A stretch of 64,000 bases of DNA, from the IMG/VR virus record IMGVR_UViG_3300044213_000107, positions 1 to 64,000 of that record, one strand, 5' to 3'. The notes below the pieces were generated by a model. The model saw nothing but the letters and a program-made list of their open reading frames with translations, had not been told where the DNA came from and searched no databases. Both the position numbers and the translations under genes were made by a program. Positions 36,832 to 46,383 of the stretch are shown piece after piece (positions within the stretch are counted from its first letter, which is position 1; each line of letters begins with the position of its first letter).

Positions 36832-39088
36832 CGGTGTCTACTCCTGGTGCTGATTCAGATGCCGAAAAGCCAACAACATCAAATTCAATTTTATTATCTC
36901 TATAGTCAACACTGATTATACTGCCATTTACAACATTATCAAAAAGAATCTTTTTACTTAGTGGCACTTTAATTAAGTCTGTGATCTTGCGTTGTACAGG
37001 TCTTGCACCCATCTTAGGATCAAAACTTTCTTTTACTATATACTCGACTGCGGATTCAGTAAGTCTAATTTTTATATCTTTTTCAGACAACAGTTCGTTA
37101 AGTTCTACAATAAACTTAGCAACAATTTTCCTCATGCTTAGATCTGTTAGTCGGTTAAACTTAACAATACCATCTAGCCTATTGCGAAACTCTGGTTTAA
37201 AGAAGTTTTTAACAGCCTTGTCATCCTCGCCTGACTTTTGTAAATCTCTACCAAAGCCAATTGAGTTTTTGTCATTGTCTGCGGCACCTAGATTGCTGGT
37301 TAAAATAACAACAGTATTTCTACAATCAGCTTTCTTACCATTACTGCTAGTTACTACACCTTCGTCCATAAGACTTAACAATAAATTGCTAACATCTGGA
37401 TGTGCTTTTTCAATTTCATCAAACAAAATAATGCTATTGGGATTCTGTTCAATGTCTCTGATCAACATACCACCACCTAAATTACCATCATCGTAGCCTA
37501 CATATCCCGGGGGAGCACCGATTAGTTTAGCAACGGTGTGTTTTTCTTGATATTCGCTCATATCATATCTCAGCAGTTTCATCCCAAGATTTTCTGCTAG
37601 TAGTTTAGCAAGTTCTGTTTTGCCTGTTCCGGTCGGGCCCAGGAATAAAAACGACCCAATTGGTTTATTAATAGATTTAAGTCCGGCCTTGCTGATATAA
37701 ATTTTTTCTAATACATTATCAACTGCTTCGTTTTGGCCAAACAAACGATCTTTAATGTTGTGTTCAAGACTAGAAATATTTTTAACACCGTCTGCACTGC
37801 CCATGATTTGATCAACGGGAATTTTTGTTGATTTACTTATTGCTTCAATAACATGTCCACGCAATACTGTAAAATCTGTTTGACGTATTTTTAATCTTGC
37901 AGCACAGGTATCGATTAAATCAATTGCTTTGTCTGGTAGTTTTTTATCTGCTTGATATCTTACACTTAGATCAACTGCGGCATCAATTGCTTCATCGGAG
38001 ATTTTACCAATGTGAAATTCTTCAAATTTATCACGAAGTCCACGCAAAATATCTTTGGCAACTTTTGGTGTTGGCTCGTCAATAGTAACACGTTGGAAAC
38101 GACGCATCAACGCACGATCTTTATCGAAACTTTGATTGTATTCTTCCCAGGTAGTACTTGCAATAACCTTGATCCTACCTTTTGTTAGTGCTGGTTTGAT
38201 CATATTTGCAAAATCTACACTACTGCCACTACTACCACTGCCAGCACCTTGCATTTGATGTGCTTCGTCAATAAACAAAATACATTTGCCTTTGGCATTA
38301 AGTGATGCCAACACTACTTGTAGTTTTTCTTCAAACTCGCCGCGATATTTACTGCCTGCTAATAAACTGCCAATATCAAGATTATAAACAGTATAGTCTT
38401 TTAGATATTCGGGTACATTTTTGTTAATAATGTTTAACGCCAGGCCTTCGGCAATAGCAGTTTTGCCTACACCAGGATCTCCGACCATTAGAATGTTACT
38501 CTTATTGCGCTTTGCTAAAATTTCTGTAATTTCTTGCAGTTCAGTTTCTCGGCCAATAACAGGATCAATACCACCTTCTTGGGCAACAATATTTAGATTG
38601 TCACAATAGTGTTCTAGAATTTCATCAACTTTACCTGCTGTCACTTTGTTTTTCCCACCAAGATGATCGTATGTTTTATTAAAATGCTCAACTAGTCCTG
38701 CACGATCTAACCCGTACTTGACCATAAAATAATGTGTATAACTATTTTTTTCTGCATGCATGCTCAAAAATAAATCCATGATGGTGATATCACTGCGGGC
38801 ACTAAACAATACTTGAGTTACTGCACGATTAAACACACGTTCTAGTGTATGTGTTTTCTTTGGTTCAACTTCTTCTCGAACCAAATAAGTTTGATTTAAC
38901 AAATATGTATGTACATCAAGAATTAATCCTTCGATGTCGGCACCATAGTTCCGAAGAAACTTGTTAAATGTTTCATATTTTAACATACTTAAAAATAAAT
39001 GCTCGAGCGTTACATACTCGTGTTTGTAGCCTTTGGCGATAGCACTAGATTCAGCAATGATGTGTTCAATTTCGGGAGTTGTGTTCAT
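36800..39088 (-). CDS. clpA: ATP-dependent Clp protease ATP-binding subunit ClpA
   Basis: HEYVTLEHL N-domain, GDPGVGKT, FIDEAH, LPDKAIDL, GPTGTGKT, FDEIEKAHP; no ClpB middle domain. Confidence 0.93.
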   Translation of the reverse strand: MNTTPEIEHIIAESSAIAKGYKHEYVTLEHLFLSMLKYETFNKFLRNYGADIEGLILDVHTYLLNQTYLVREEVEPKKTHTLERVFNRAVTQVLFSARSDITIMDLFLSMHAEKNSYTHYFMVKYGLDRAGLVEHFNKTYDHLGGKNKVTAGKVDEILEHYCDNLNIVAQEGGIDPVIGRETELQEITEILAKRNKSNILMVGDPGVGKTAIAEGLALNIINKNVPEYLKDYTVYNLDIGSLLAGSKYRGEFEEKLQVVLASLNAKGKCILFIDEAHQMQGAGSGSSGSSVDFANMIKPALTKGRIKVIASTTWEEYNQSFDKDRALMRRFQRVTIDEPTPKVAKDILRGLRDKFEEFHIGKISDEAIDAAVDLSVRYQADKKLPDKAIDLIDTCAARLKIRQTDFTVLRGHVIEAISKSTKIPVDQIMGSADGVKNISSLEHNIKDRLFGQNEAVDNVLEKIYISKAGLKSINKPIGSFLFLGPTGTGKTELAKLLAENLGMKLLRYDMSEYQEKHTVAKLIGAPPGYVGYDDGNLGGGMLIRDIEQNPNSIILFDEIEKAHPDVSNLLLSLMDEGVVTSSNGKKADCRNTVVILTSNLGAADNDKNSIGFGRDLQKSGEDDKAVKNFFKPEFRNRLDGIVKFNRLTDLSMRKIVAKFIVELNELLSEKDIKIRLTESAVEYIVKESFDPKMGARPVQRKITDLIKVPLSKKILFDNVVNGSIISVDYRDNKIEFDVVGFSASESAPGVDTDGFIVLAQDQ

Positions 39089-39098
39089 TATAAAATAT

Positions 39099-39950
39099 TT
39101 ATTTGGTTGTTAGATTTCTAATAGTGTCTAGTTGGTCTGGCGTTAAGTCGGTTGGAACTACGATGTTCACTAATAACATTAAATTTCCTCGGTGATTTTG
39201 ATTTAGTGCATATAATCCTTGTTGTGATAATCTTAATTTTGTACCATGTTGCGTACCAGGTGGAATAGTAAATTCGAACATTTTACCATCAATACCTTGC
39301 ACAACTGTTGCAGTACCAATTATAGCATCTAAACAGTTTATGTCAACAGGTTTGACTAAATCTAAATGATCGATAGCATATTCGGTTTGTGGCATTACTA
39401 CAATTACTACATATAAATCACCACGCGGTAAACTTTCGAAAAAATTATCTCCTAGGCCGGGATATTTTATGGTGCTACCAGAATGTACACCTCTCGGGAT
39501 TTGAACTTCAACTGCTTGTCTTTGTCCATTTGTTGTTTGGACACTTACTGTTTTTGTTTGTTGGGTTAATGTACTTGCTAGATCGATTGCAACTTCAACT
39601 CGTAGATCTTTGTTTTTACGGGGTTGCCTAAATGCTGCAAATGGATCACTGCCACCAAAGTTAAAATTAAAATTTCTAAATAACTCGTCCATTCCCGGGG
39701 GCATGCCATTCATTTCTTGGCCATTTACAGTAAAGCGAACTCCGCCAAAATTACCTTGACGTTCAGCGTTGTATTGTGCTCTGCGATTGTCGTCGCTTAA
39801 GGTATCATAGGCCGTTTGAATGCGTTGAAATGTAGCGGTATCTCCACCTTTATCTGGATGGTGTTGACTTGCTAGTTTTCTATAGGCTCGTTTAATTTCG
39901 TCGGGACCGGCTGATTCTGCTACGCCCAACGTTTCGTAGTGATTTTCCAT
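39099..39950 (-). CDS. DnaJ/CbpA-class chaperone
   Basis: HPD J-domain, G/F region, C-terminal GDLYV; no Zn finger. Confidence 0.92.
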   Translation of the reverse strand: MENHYETLGVAESAGPDEIKRAYRKLASQHHPDKGGDTATFQRIQTAYDTLSDDNRRAQYNAERQGNFGGVRFTVNGQEMNGMPPGMDELFRNFNFNFGGSDPFAAFRQPRKNKDLRVEVAIDLASTLTQQTKTVSVQTTNGQRQAVEVQIPRGVHSGSTIKYPGLGDNFFESLPRGDLYVVIVVMPQTEYAIDHLDLVKPVDINCLDAIIGTATVVQGIDGKMFEFTIPPGTQHGTKLRLSQQGLYALNQNHRGNLMLLVNIVVPTDLTPDQLDTIRNLTTK

Positions 39951-39952
39951 TC

Positions 39953-40005
39953 AATAAAAAGCAACTAAAGTAGCTATTATACTACTTATAGTTGCTGGTT
40001 GTCTA
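39953..40005 (-). terminator. Intrinsic-terminator-like hairpin with an embedded sigma70 promoter
   Basis: GCAACTATAAGTAG-TATAATAG-CTACTTTAGTTGC-TTTTTATT; TAGACA-18bp-TATAAT. Confidence 0.6.
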
Positions 40006-40013
40006 TCTGCTAA

Positions 40014-40196
40014 TTACTTTTTAGCAGGTGCGTCAGGAATCGGTGTTGCTTCTGCTTTTTTGTGATGTTTAACCTCGGGCTTGTCTTCGGCTTTTTTAGC
40101 CGGAGCAGCTTTGGGTGTTTCGGCTTTTTTGGGTGTTTCGGCTGCTACCGCAACTCCCAATGACACCGCTAATAAAATTGCTAATAGATTTTTCAT
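40014..40196 (-). CDS. Small secreted Lys/Ala/Pro-rich protein
   Basis: Signal peptide MKNLLAILLAVSLGVAVA; AETPK repeats. Confidence 0.65.
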   Translation of the reverse strand: MKNLLAILLAVSLGVAVAAETPKKAETPKAAPAKKAEDKPEVKHHKKAEATPIPDAPAKK

Positions 40197-40205
40197 TTTG
40201 ATTCC

Positions 40206-40925
40206 TTATAAAATTGGATCTTGTGTTGTAGGAACAACCTTCTGTCCCTTACTATTTAACGCCGGAGCAGTAGAACCTGTTGACGCCGATGGATCAGTTA
40301 TGGAACTGGTTTGTCCAAATCCTGATGATGCTGATGTTGTAGCTGTTGTAGATGTGCTTCCAAACCCACCTCCGCCAAAACTACTTGTTGTTGATGCGGG
40401 CGTTGAACCAAAACCTGAACTGGAAGAGCCGAAGCCTCCTGCCGCAGGTGTGCCAAATGCTGAAGCCCCGCTCGATGATGAACCGAATCCGCCACTGCTT
40501 GATCCTCCGAAACCACCAGACATTCCGCCGCCAAAGCCGCCACCCATTACTGGTTGGTTGCTTACATTAACACTACCTTGTCCTGGTGGAACATAAGTTG
40601 TGCCAGCACCTTGTGGAAACTGCATTGTGGGTCCTGCAGCACCACCTAATTTTTCCTGTGTTCTTCCGTATGCACTAATACCAATAACAGCACCCATGGC
40701 AATATGGAACAAACCTGCACCTTGTAATGTTAGTGGTTGCCATTGGCTACCTACATTACCGTGACTTATCATTTGTAGTAAACTCCATAACACCGGAAAT
40801 CCTACAAAATCCATAGTACATACTAACATGTACATCCAACCCATCATTGGACGCCATTTACTATTCATCCAATCTTCTTTTTTTATTTCACTTTCGCTTG
40901 GTTTGTATTCTTGCTCGTCTGCCAT
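40206..40925 (-). CDS. 3TM holin-like protein (GTA-holin type) with Gly/Ser/FG-repeat tail
   Basis: WRPMMGW, G..AYGRT.EK; located in lysis module. Confidence 0.7.
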   Translation of the reverse strand: MADEQEYKPSESEIKKEDWMNSKWRPMMGWMYMLVCTMDFVGFPVLWSLLQMISHGNVGSQWQPLTLQGAGLFHIAMGAVIGISAYGRTQEKLGGAAGPTMQFPQGAGTTYVPPGQGSVNVSNQPVMGGGFGGGMSGGFGGSSSGGFGSSSSGASAFGTPAAGGFGSSSSGFGSTPASTTSSFGGGGFGSTSTTATTSASSGFGQTSSITDPSASTGSTAPALNSKGQKVVPTTQDPIL

Positions 40926-41015
40926 TATAGCTCCTAATCGATTATATTGTTATTTATGTATTTTTGGACATAATGTGCTATGTATATGTTTTGCAAAGGA
41001 AATTTAAATATTAAA

Positions 41016-41159
41016 ATGAGCGATAAACTAAGTTTTGCAGATTGGCTATTAGAATTACCTGTAAAAGTCTTCCTATGGGGACTTATGGGTGTTTTATTTG
41101 GTTTTTGGCTAATCGCTATGTTAGTTGTGATTTGTTTTGTTTATATTACTAATCACTAG
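41016..41159 (+). CDS. Small divergently oriented membrane protein (47 aa)
   Basis: MSDKLSFADWLLELPVKVFLWGLMGVLFGFWLIAMLVVICFVYITNH; TTAAATA just upstream. Confidence 0.45.
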   Translation: MSDKLSFADWLLELPVKVFLWGLMGVLFGFWLIAMLVVICFVYITNH

Positions 41160-41943
41160 CCATTTCTCGTTCTTGTCGTTCTTGTTGTGCTCGCCACCAC
41201 TCTAATTTTTCACGATGTCTTTGTGCTTTAGCCTCGGGCTCTAATTCAGGCCAGCGTGTTTTTCTATCGTATGTAACATAAGACATCAATAACACAAAAG
41301 TAACAGCAACTATAATCATAAATCCAGCATAAGACAATTCTGTTACATATGTTTTTAGACGTTCGCGGCGACGTCGTGCAGCACGTTCTTCTTGTTGCAT
41401 TTTACGGGCAATAAGAATTTTTTGTTCTTTGCCCATTGACTCCATCATTTCCGACACATCAGTAAACAATGCACCCAATTCGGCCGGGGCATTATAAATC
41501 ATCATTTCACGAATTTCTTTCGTCATTGCTTCTAACTTCTTTTTCATTAGAACACGTTGTAGTGCACGTTTAGCAAGACTAGCGTCTCCAGAATAAACTT
41601 GTGTTCGACTAACACGTTCTTCTTCTTCAAGAACCGCCAAGCACTTGTTCATGTTGTCAAGGTAATCGCCTAATTGGTTACCAATTTCTGTGTAGATGTC
41701 ATCAGTTTCGCCGGCTTTTTTGTTTAATTCGATAACACGATTTTTTTCTTCAATGAATTGGTTGCGTTGCGCAGTCGTAGGTGGATTCTCAGGCGGATGC
41801 GACTTATGAAATTGATCGTCAAGATCTTTAAGTACAGCCTTAACGTCCCCGGCGGCACCCTTTATATCTTTATAAAGTTGGCAACCTTTCTTGATCGCTG
41901 AAACTGCCCCGTTGGCCAGGGCAAATAGTGTAAACGGATCCAC
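41149..41943 (-). CDS. Coiled-coil membrane protein
   Basis: MDPFTLFALA start, single C-terminal TM, AGGAG RBS. Confidence 0.7.
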   Translation of the reverse strand: MDPFTLFALANGAVSAIKKGCQLYKDIKGAAGDVKAVLKDLDDQFHKSHPPENPPTTAQRNQFIEEKNRVIELNKKAGETDDIYTEIGNQLGDYLDNMNKCLAVLEEEERVSRTQVYSGDASLAKRALQRVLMKKKLEAMTKEIREMMIYNAPAELGALFTDVSEMMESMGKEQKILIARKMQQEERAARRRRERLKTYVTELSYAGFMIIVAVTFVLLMSYVTYDRKTRWPELEPEAKAQRHREKLEWWRAQQERQEREMASD

Positions 41944-41955
41944 ACTCCTGGTCCT

Positions 41956-42546
41956 TTAGAACCAGAGGAATACACCTTGTGCTGAAAGTAATAGTCCTAA
42001 TCCTGCGACAAAGAAACTGCCCCAGAACATCTCCATACTTACTGCTAAGATGCTTGCGGATAGAACTACAATTGATAATTGATATAAAGTGCTAGCAAAT
42101 CCAATCCATGGACTTTGCTTTTTAGCATAATCGCGATCTGCTTCAAGTTTTTTGGCCTTTGCCATTAATTCAACTTTGCCTTCGCCTGTTTTTGGGTCGC
42201 TTTCGTAACGAGCGATCTTAGCGTTTAACTGCTCAATTTTCTTTTCGTCTTTGCGAACAATAGCATCATCTAGGCTTTGCTCGGCTAACATTTGCTTGAT
42301 ACTTTTAGCTTCGTAAAAACTCCAAACATCATTTGCTGCAATTGTGTTGTTAAGGGTAATACTACTTAACTTACCTCCGTACCATGAATTGACTGCTAGA
42401 ATAAGTGCAAACACACTAATAACCATACCGGCTTTGTCTTTTAATTTTGCTTCACGTTCACTTCTTGACCCAACAGGTGGTTGTACTGCATTTGGATCTT
42501 TCGGTTTTTTGTTTATTAAATTTAGTACCGAATCAAATAATGCCAT
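41956..42546 (-). CDS. DUF4337-like membrane protein
   Basis: ANDVWSFYEAKSIK, Q.SIVVLSASIL; start revised to MALF after AGGAG. Confidence 0.7.
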   Translation of the reverse strand: MALFDSVLNLINKKPKDPNAVQPPVGSRSEREAKLKDKAGMVISVFALILAVNSWYGGKLSSITLNNTIAANDVWSFYEAKSIKQMLAEQSLDDAIVRKDEKKIEQLNAKIARYESDPKTGEGKVELMAKAKKLEADRDYAKKQSPWIGFASTLYQLSIVVLSASILAVSMEMFWGSFFVAGLGLLLSAQGVFLWF

Positions 42547-42571
42547 TTTATGCTCCTTTTTTTTATTTTTA

Positions 42572-42820
42572 TTATACTGCACCTGAAAGTGCTACTAACG
42601 CATTTAACACTCCATTTATTTTTTCTTTTAGTGCTAAATCTTGTACCGCTGCATTAATATTTTTACTACGAACTAGGTCATTGAGTAGATCTATGTATTC
42701 AGCATTGGTAACATCTCCTCGATCAAACATGCCTTTAATCTGTTCAGCTTGATCGGCCAAGTCCATTAGGAATGGATCACCACTATCTCGCATTGCATGT
42801 AAATCTGTTTCTACGCTCAT
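42572..42820 (-). CDS. Hypothetical protein
   Basis: ORF track. Confidence 0.65.
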   Translation of the reverse strand: MSVETDLHAMRDSGDPFLMDLADQAEQIKGMFDRGDVTNAEYIDLLNDLVRSKNINAAVQDLALKEKINGVLNALVALSGAV

Positions 42821-43218
42821 TTTGGTTTCCTCCCAACAACATTTTGTACAAGAACTGCATTTTTCTCTAAACTACCAAATTTAATTGTGCAGTACGGAGT
42901 ACTGACATTTGGAGTATTGTGATAATGATCACTAAAATTTTTTGCTATTTCAACAAACTCTTTACTAAGTCTTATAACTTCATCGTTGTGAGGAATATAC
43001 TCGGCATAGTTTCTGAATTCCATAGCAGTATGATAAACATCATCTACGGCAACTATAGCTTCAGGTGTACCACATTTTGCAGCACCAAAGTTTGCTTTTG
43101 TACGAATATCATTTATAAGTTTATATTCGTTGTTGTCAAATCGTGCCATAAAGTAAGCATCATACAAAGCACAACCATTTAGTAATAATATAGATGCTAG
43201 TATTATAATCTTTTTCAT
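42817..43218 (-). CDS. Lipoprotein
   Basis: Lipobox LLNGC. Confidence 0.75.
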   Translation of the reverse strand: MKKIIILASILLLNGCALYDAYFMARFDNNEYKLINDIRTKANFGAAKCGTPEAIVAVDDVYHTAMEFRNYAEYIPHNDEVIRLSKEFVEIAKNFSDHYHNTPNVSTPYCTIKFGSLEKNAVLVQNVVGRKPK

Positions 43219-43481
43219 TTGATGCTTTCAAAAATTTTACGTTGACTATCATACCACTCCAACCATCCATCGACTCTTATTTTACAATCATGATATTGTG
43301 TGTAGTTGTCAACTACTACATCTGATACAATACTAATCTTATCAGTATCTTCAGGAATAGTTTTCAAGTCAGGACAAGTTTGTGATAAACTTTCTGGAAT
43401 TTGTGGAAATTTTACAGTAACAGGAACAGTAGTAGAACATCCACTTAATATAACGGCTAATGCAATTATTGATCGTTTCAT
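43215..43481 (-). CDS. o-spanin (Rz1-like) lipoprotein
   Basis: Lipobox LSGC, Pro-rich segment, two further Cys, follows i-spanin. Confidence 0.75.
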   Translation of the reverse strand: MKRSIIALAVILSGCSTTVPVTVKFPQIPESLSQTCPDLKTIPEDTDKISIVSDVVVDNYTQYHDCKIRVDGWLEWYDSQRKIFESIK

Positions 43482-43927
43482 TTACTATCCTTTGATGCTG
43501 TTGCTGCTTTATTTAACGATTTTACTATTTCTGGGTCCACTTTGCATTCAGCATCGGCCTTTGCTGCAATTTCTCGTATGCGTTCTTTCACTACAACCTG
43601 TACATCGTGAACAACTTTAGTTTTAGTTTGTATTTTATTATCTATAGTTACATTTGCAGTTTTACTTTTTTCTTCTGCAACTGCTACTTTGGCCTGCATG
43701 TCTTCTACACGTTTACGCCATGTCATTTCTGTATCGTAGCTGCCGTAAAAATATGCGCCTACTATAGTAAGAACTGTAGCTATAATACGCACAGGTTCTC
43801 TGTATGGACGAGTAGCAGGCCAGAAGTTCATTAATAATCCACCAAGATATAACCCTATACCAGTACATAATGTGCCAAATACAGCCAATTGTAAAATACT
43901 ATCAGGAATAAAACTTAAAATCCACAT
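43478..43927 (-). CDS. i-spanin (Rz-like)
   Basis: N-terminal TMs, coiled coil, C-terminal Cys. Confidence 0.7.
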   Translation of the reverse strand: MWILSFIPDSILQLAVFGTLCTGIGLYLGGLLMNFWPATRPYREPVRIIATVLTIVGAYFYGSYDTEMTWRKRVEDMQAKVAVAEEKSKTANVTIDNKIQTKTKVVHDVQVVVKERIREIAAKADAECKVDPEIVKSLNKAATASKDSK

Positions 43928-43928
43928 A

Positions 43929-45164
43929 TTAAACCTCTAAAAATGGGAACAGTTCTTTCCAGTTTGTTCCACGACGTCGATCTAATTCATCAAAATATGT
44001 TACAAATCTTTTTATTTGAAATTCGTCCCTTTGTTTATTTTCTATAGTTTTAAATAACCCTAGATAATGATCATAATATGCAAGATTATTATTTTTCATA
44101 AAATCTATAATATTTTCAAAATCTTTACGCCAAAAATCTCCGCCCCATATTCCGAGATCTAAAAATGTTTTACAGGGATCTGTGTTAAGTTGAAATTTAA
44201 AATAATGTGGTTTAATATTCCATTGTAGTGCTTTTTCTAACAATGGAACTGTTTCTTTAATAGTAGTAGCAACTAAAGTTTGATTTAACCCAATATCAAT
44301 ATCTACGTTATGATTTAAACAATATTCGATATTACGTTCAAACACGGTTAAGTCTAATCCAAATCTAGTGAATTCGCTCATTGGTCCCCAACCATCAATA
44401 CTTCCTGTAATATGTGGTTTACCTAATAAACCACGTTCAGTAAGATTTGCCAATCGATCTATTTGTTTTTCAAATATTTTTTCTTTTACCATTAGATTAC
44501 TGATAATATTTAAAATTAAATCTGGGCTTGGGTGCTCTTCAAAAAAATCAAATAAAAGATCAATTTCTTTTTCTAAAAATGGTTCTCCACCTAATAAATG
44601 CAATCTTTTTAATGCTTTATGATTATTACCAAGCCAGATAAAAAATTCATCTACATATTGTTCTCTATTAGGCAATTCTGGTTCGTAGTCATTTATCAAG
44701 ATGTCTAATTTTTTATTATAATAGTGACCAAATTTTTGATTTTCTTTTTGAATGCTCGAACTTAACATAGGATCACAGTAAACACACTTTAAATTGCATG
44801 TGTTGTTAACAAATATTTCTACTAATCGCGGTGTAACCGATAATGCAACAGGATTAGTTTCAAATTCTGGCGGAGTCCAATCATCATGGTCTTTGCCTAG
44901 ATGTATCAATCTATCACTGGTTCCCCCGGCTGCTTCTACATCTCTGCAATATTCGCATCCATGCCCTGGCCATTGTCCGTTTAACATTAATGTTCTTTGC
45001 CGTATTTTTTCCGGTGTGTTATTAAAATTTTGAAAATCTTCAATAGGAACAGAGTGTAATTCTACTCTATGACAGTTCGCAGTCTTTCCGTTTGTTAGCC
45101 ATAGTGTGCTCCAGGTCCACTTGTTCAAACACGCGGCTTCATTTCGAATTGGAAATTTTGTCAT
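43929..45164 (-). CDS. Radical SAM protein
   Basis: CNLKCVYC, GGEPF, SIDGWG. Confidence 0.9.
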   Translation of the reverse strand: MTKFPIRNEAACLNKWTWSTLWLTNGKTANCHRVELHSVPIEDFQNFNNTPEKIRQRTLMLNGQWPGHGCEYCRDVEAAGGTSDRLIHLGKDHDDWTPPEFETNPVALSVTPRLVEIFVNNTCNLKCVYCDPMLSSSIQKENQKFGHYYNKKLDILINDYEPELPNREQYVDEFFIWLGNNHKALKRLHLLGGEPFLEKEIDLLFDFFEEHPSPDLILNIISNLMVKEKIFEKQIDRLANLTERGLLGKPHITGSIDGWGPMSEFTRFGLDLTVFERNIEYCLNHNVDIDIGLNQTLVATTIKETVPLLEKALQWNIKPHYFKFQLNTDPCKTFLDLGIWGGDFWRKDFENIIDFMKNNNLAYYDHYLGLFKTIENKQRDEFQIKRFVTYFDELDRRRGTNWKELFPFLEV

Positions 45165-45799
45165 TAGGCACCTAGTACTTGAAGAGCATGTTGGTAATGG
45201 CTTTGACGTTCGGCAAGTCCTAGTGTACCGCCGTTGATTTTTTTAGTTAAGGTTAATACGTCACCTTGGTCTGCCCAACGATTTAAATTATTTGTTTCCC
45301 AGAACCAACAGGCACTTTGAATGCATCCTTCGAAGGTGCATAAAAATTCTGTTATTTCTTCTAGCGGAGTATCGATACTTTCGGCAAAACGTTTATAGTT
45401 GCTTTTACCAGTGAGCTGAATCAATCCACGACCACAAAATCTAAAACCATCGCCTGATGATTCAGGTCCGTTGCCCATGCGATTTGCATATATTCTGTTG
45501 GCAATTGCTTCTTGATTATGTGCAAATTGTTGTGCTTCGGTTAGACCACCAGGAAAATACTTACCAAATATTTTAATTAAACTTTCTGCACGATAGTTTA
45601 AATTTTCTTTAATTGCTTTAAAGCCATTGCTTTCGTGTGCGCATTGACTTACAAATGCCGCAACACGCAATGGTGTGTTAATATCATAGTCGGGTAATAT
45701 CTTGCAAAACCCTTCAAACCAGTGATCAATGTACGGATTTCCTGGTACCATTTGATTAAGTTGATCTTGTGTAAAATTAAATGTAAAACTGTCAGCCAT
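45164..45799 (-). CDS. Glycoside hydrolase family 19 endolysin
   Basis: AF.SQCAHES, ENLNY, GRGLIQLTGKSNY, INGG..GL..R. Confidence 0.92.
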   Translation of the reverse strand: MADSFTFNFTQDQLNQMVPGNPYIDHWFEGFCKILPDYDINTPLRVAAFVSQCAHESNGFKAIKENLNYRAESLIKIFGKYFPGGLTEAQQFAHNQEAIANRIYANRMGNGPESSGDGFRFCGRGLIQLTGKSNYKRFAESIDTPLEEITEFLCTFEGCIQSACWFWETNNLNRWADQGDVLTLTKKINGGTLGLAERQSHYQHALQVLGA

Positions 45800-45819
45800 C
45801 TTGAATGCTCCTTTTATTT

Positions 45820-46383
45820 TTATATTATTCCTGCTAGTGTCCTTAAACTTTCTGTATAATCGTTTTTAGGTGCTTTTGTTTTAACTTCGACACCTGCAGC
45901 ATTACGAAGTTTATCTAGGTCTTCTTTTCCGTAACGACGATCATAGTCCTCTGGCGTCAATGGTAATAAACTAGCAAATGTTTCTTCAGACAAATCGTGA
46001 TCTTTAGTGTTGCTGCGATAACGCACACGCCAATCAGTTAATTTTTGTTCAGTGAGATTCATGATGTCTTCCATCATCTCCATAATCCTTGATGGTAAAT
46101 CTCTATTGCGTTCTATTTCTACAAACACAATGTAATCGCCGTCATCCATTTCGCCCGAACTGGTGTCTGCATCTAGGACCCAATCATAGCCTTTTTCGCA
46201 GAAGTTTACTAAATCTAATGCTGGGTCTTTGCCACGCACTTTGAAACTAACAACTGCAACATCTTTGTCTTCGCCTAGCTTGCTTTTAAATTCATCAAGA
46301 TGCATTTCGGTATGCACTAAACGTTTAAGGTCGCCTTGCTCAAGGCCTTCGTATAGATTAGATTGTTGGTTGTTGAGTTGCAT
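45820..46383 (-). CDS. Hypothetical protein (possibly virion-associated)
   Basis: ORF track; C-terminal LR.LAGI. Confidence 0.7.
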   Translation of the reverse strand: MQLNNQQSNLYEGLEQGDLKRLVHTEMHLDEFKSKLGEDKDVAVVSFKVRGKDPALDLVNFCEKGYDWVLDADTSSGEMDDGDYIVFVEIERNRDLPSRIMEMMEDIMNLTEQKLTDWRVRYRSNTKDHDLSEETFASLLPLTPEDYDRRYGKEDLDKLRNAAGVEVKTKAPKNDYTESLRTLAGII

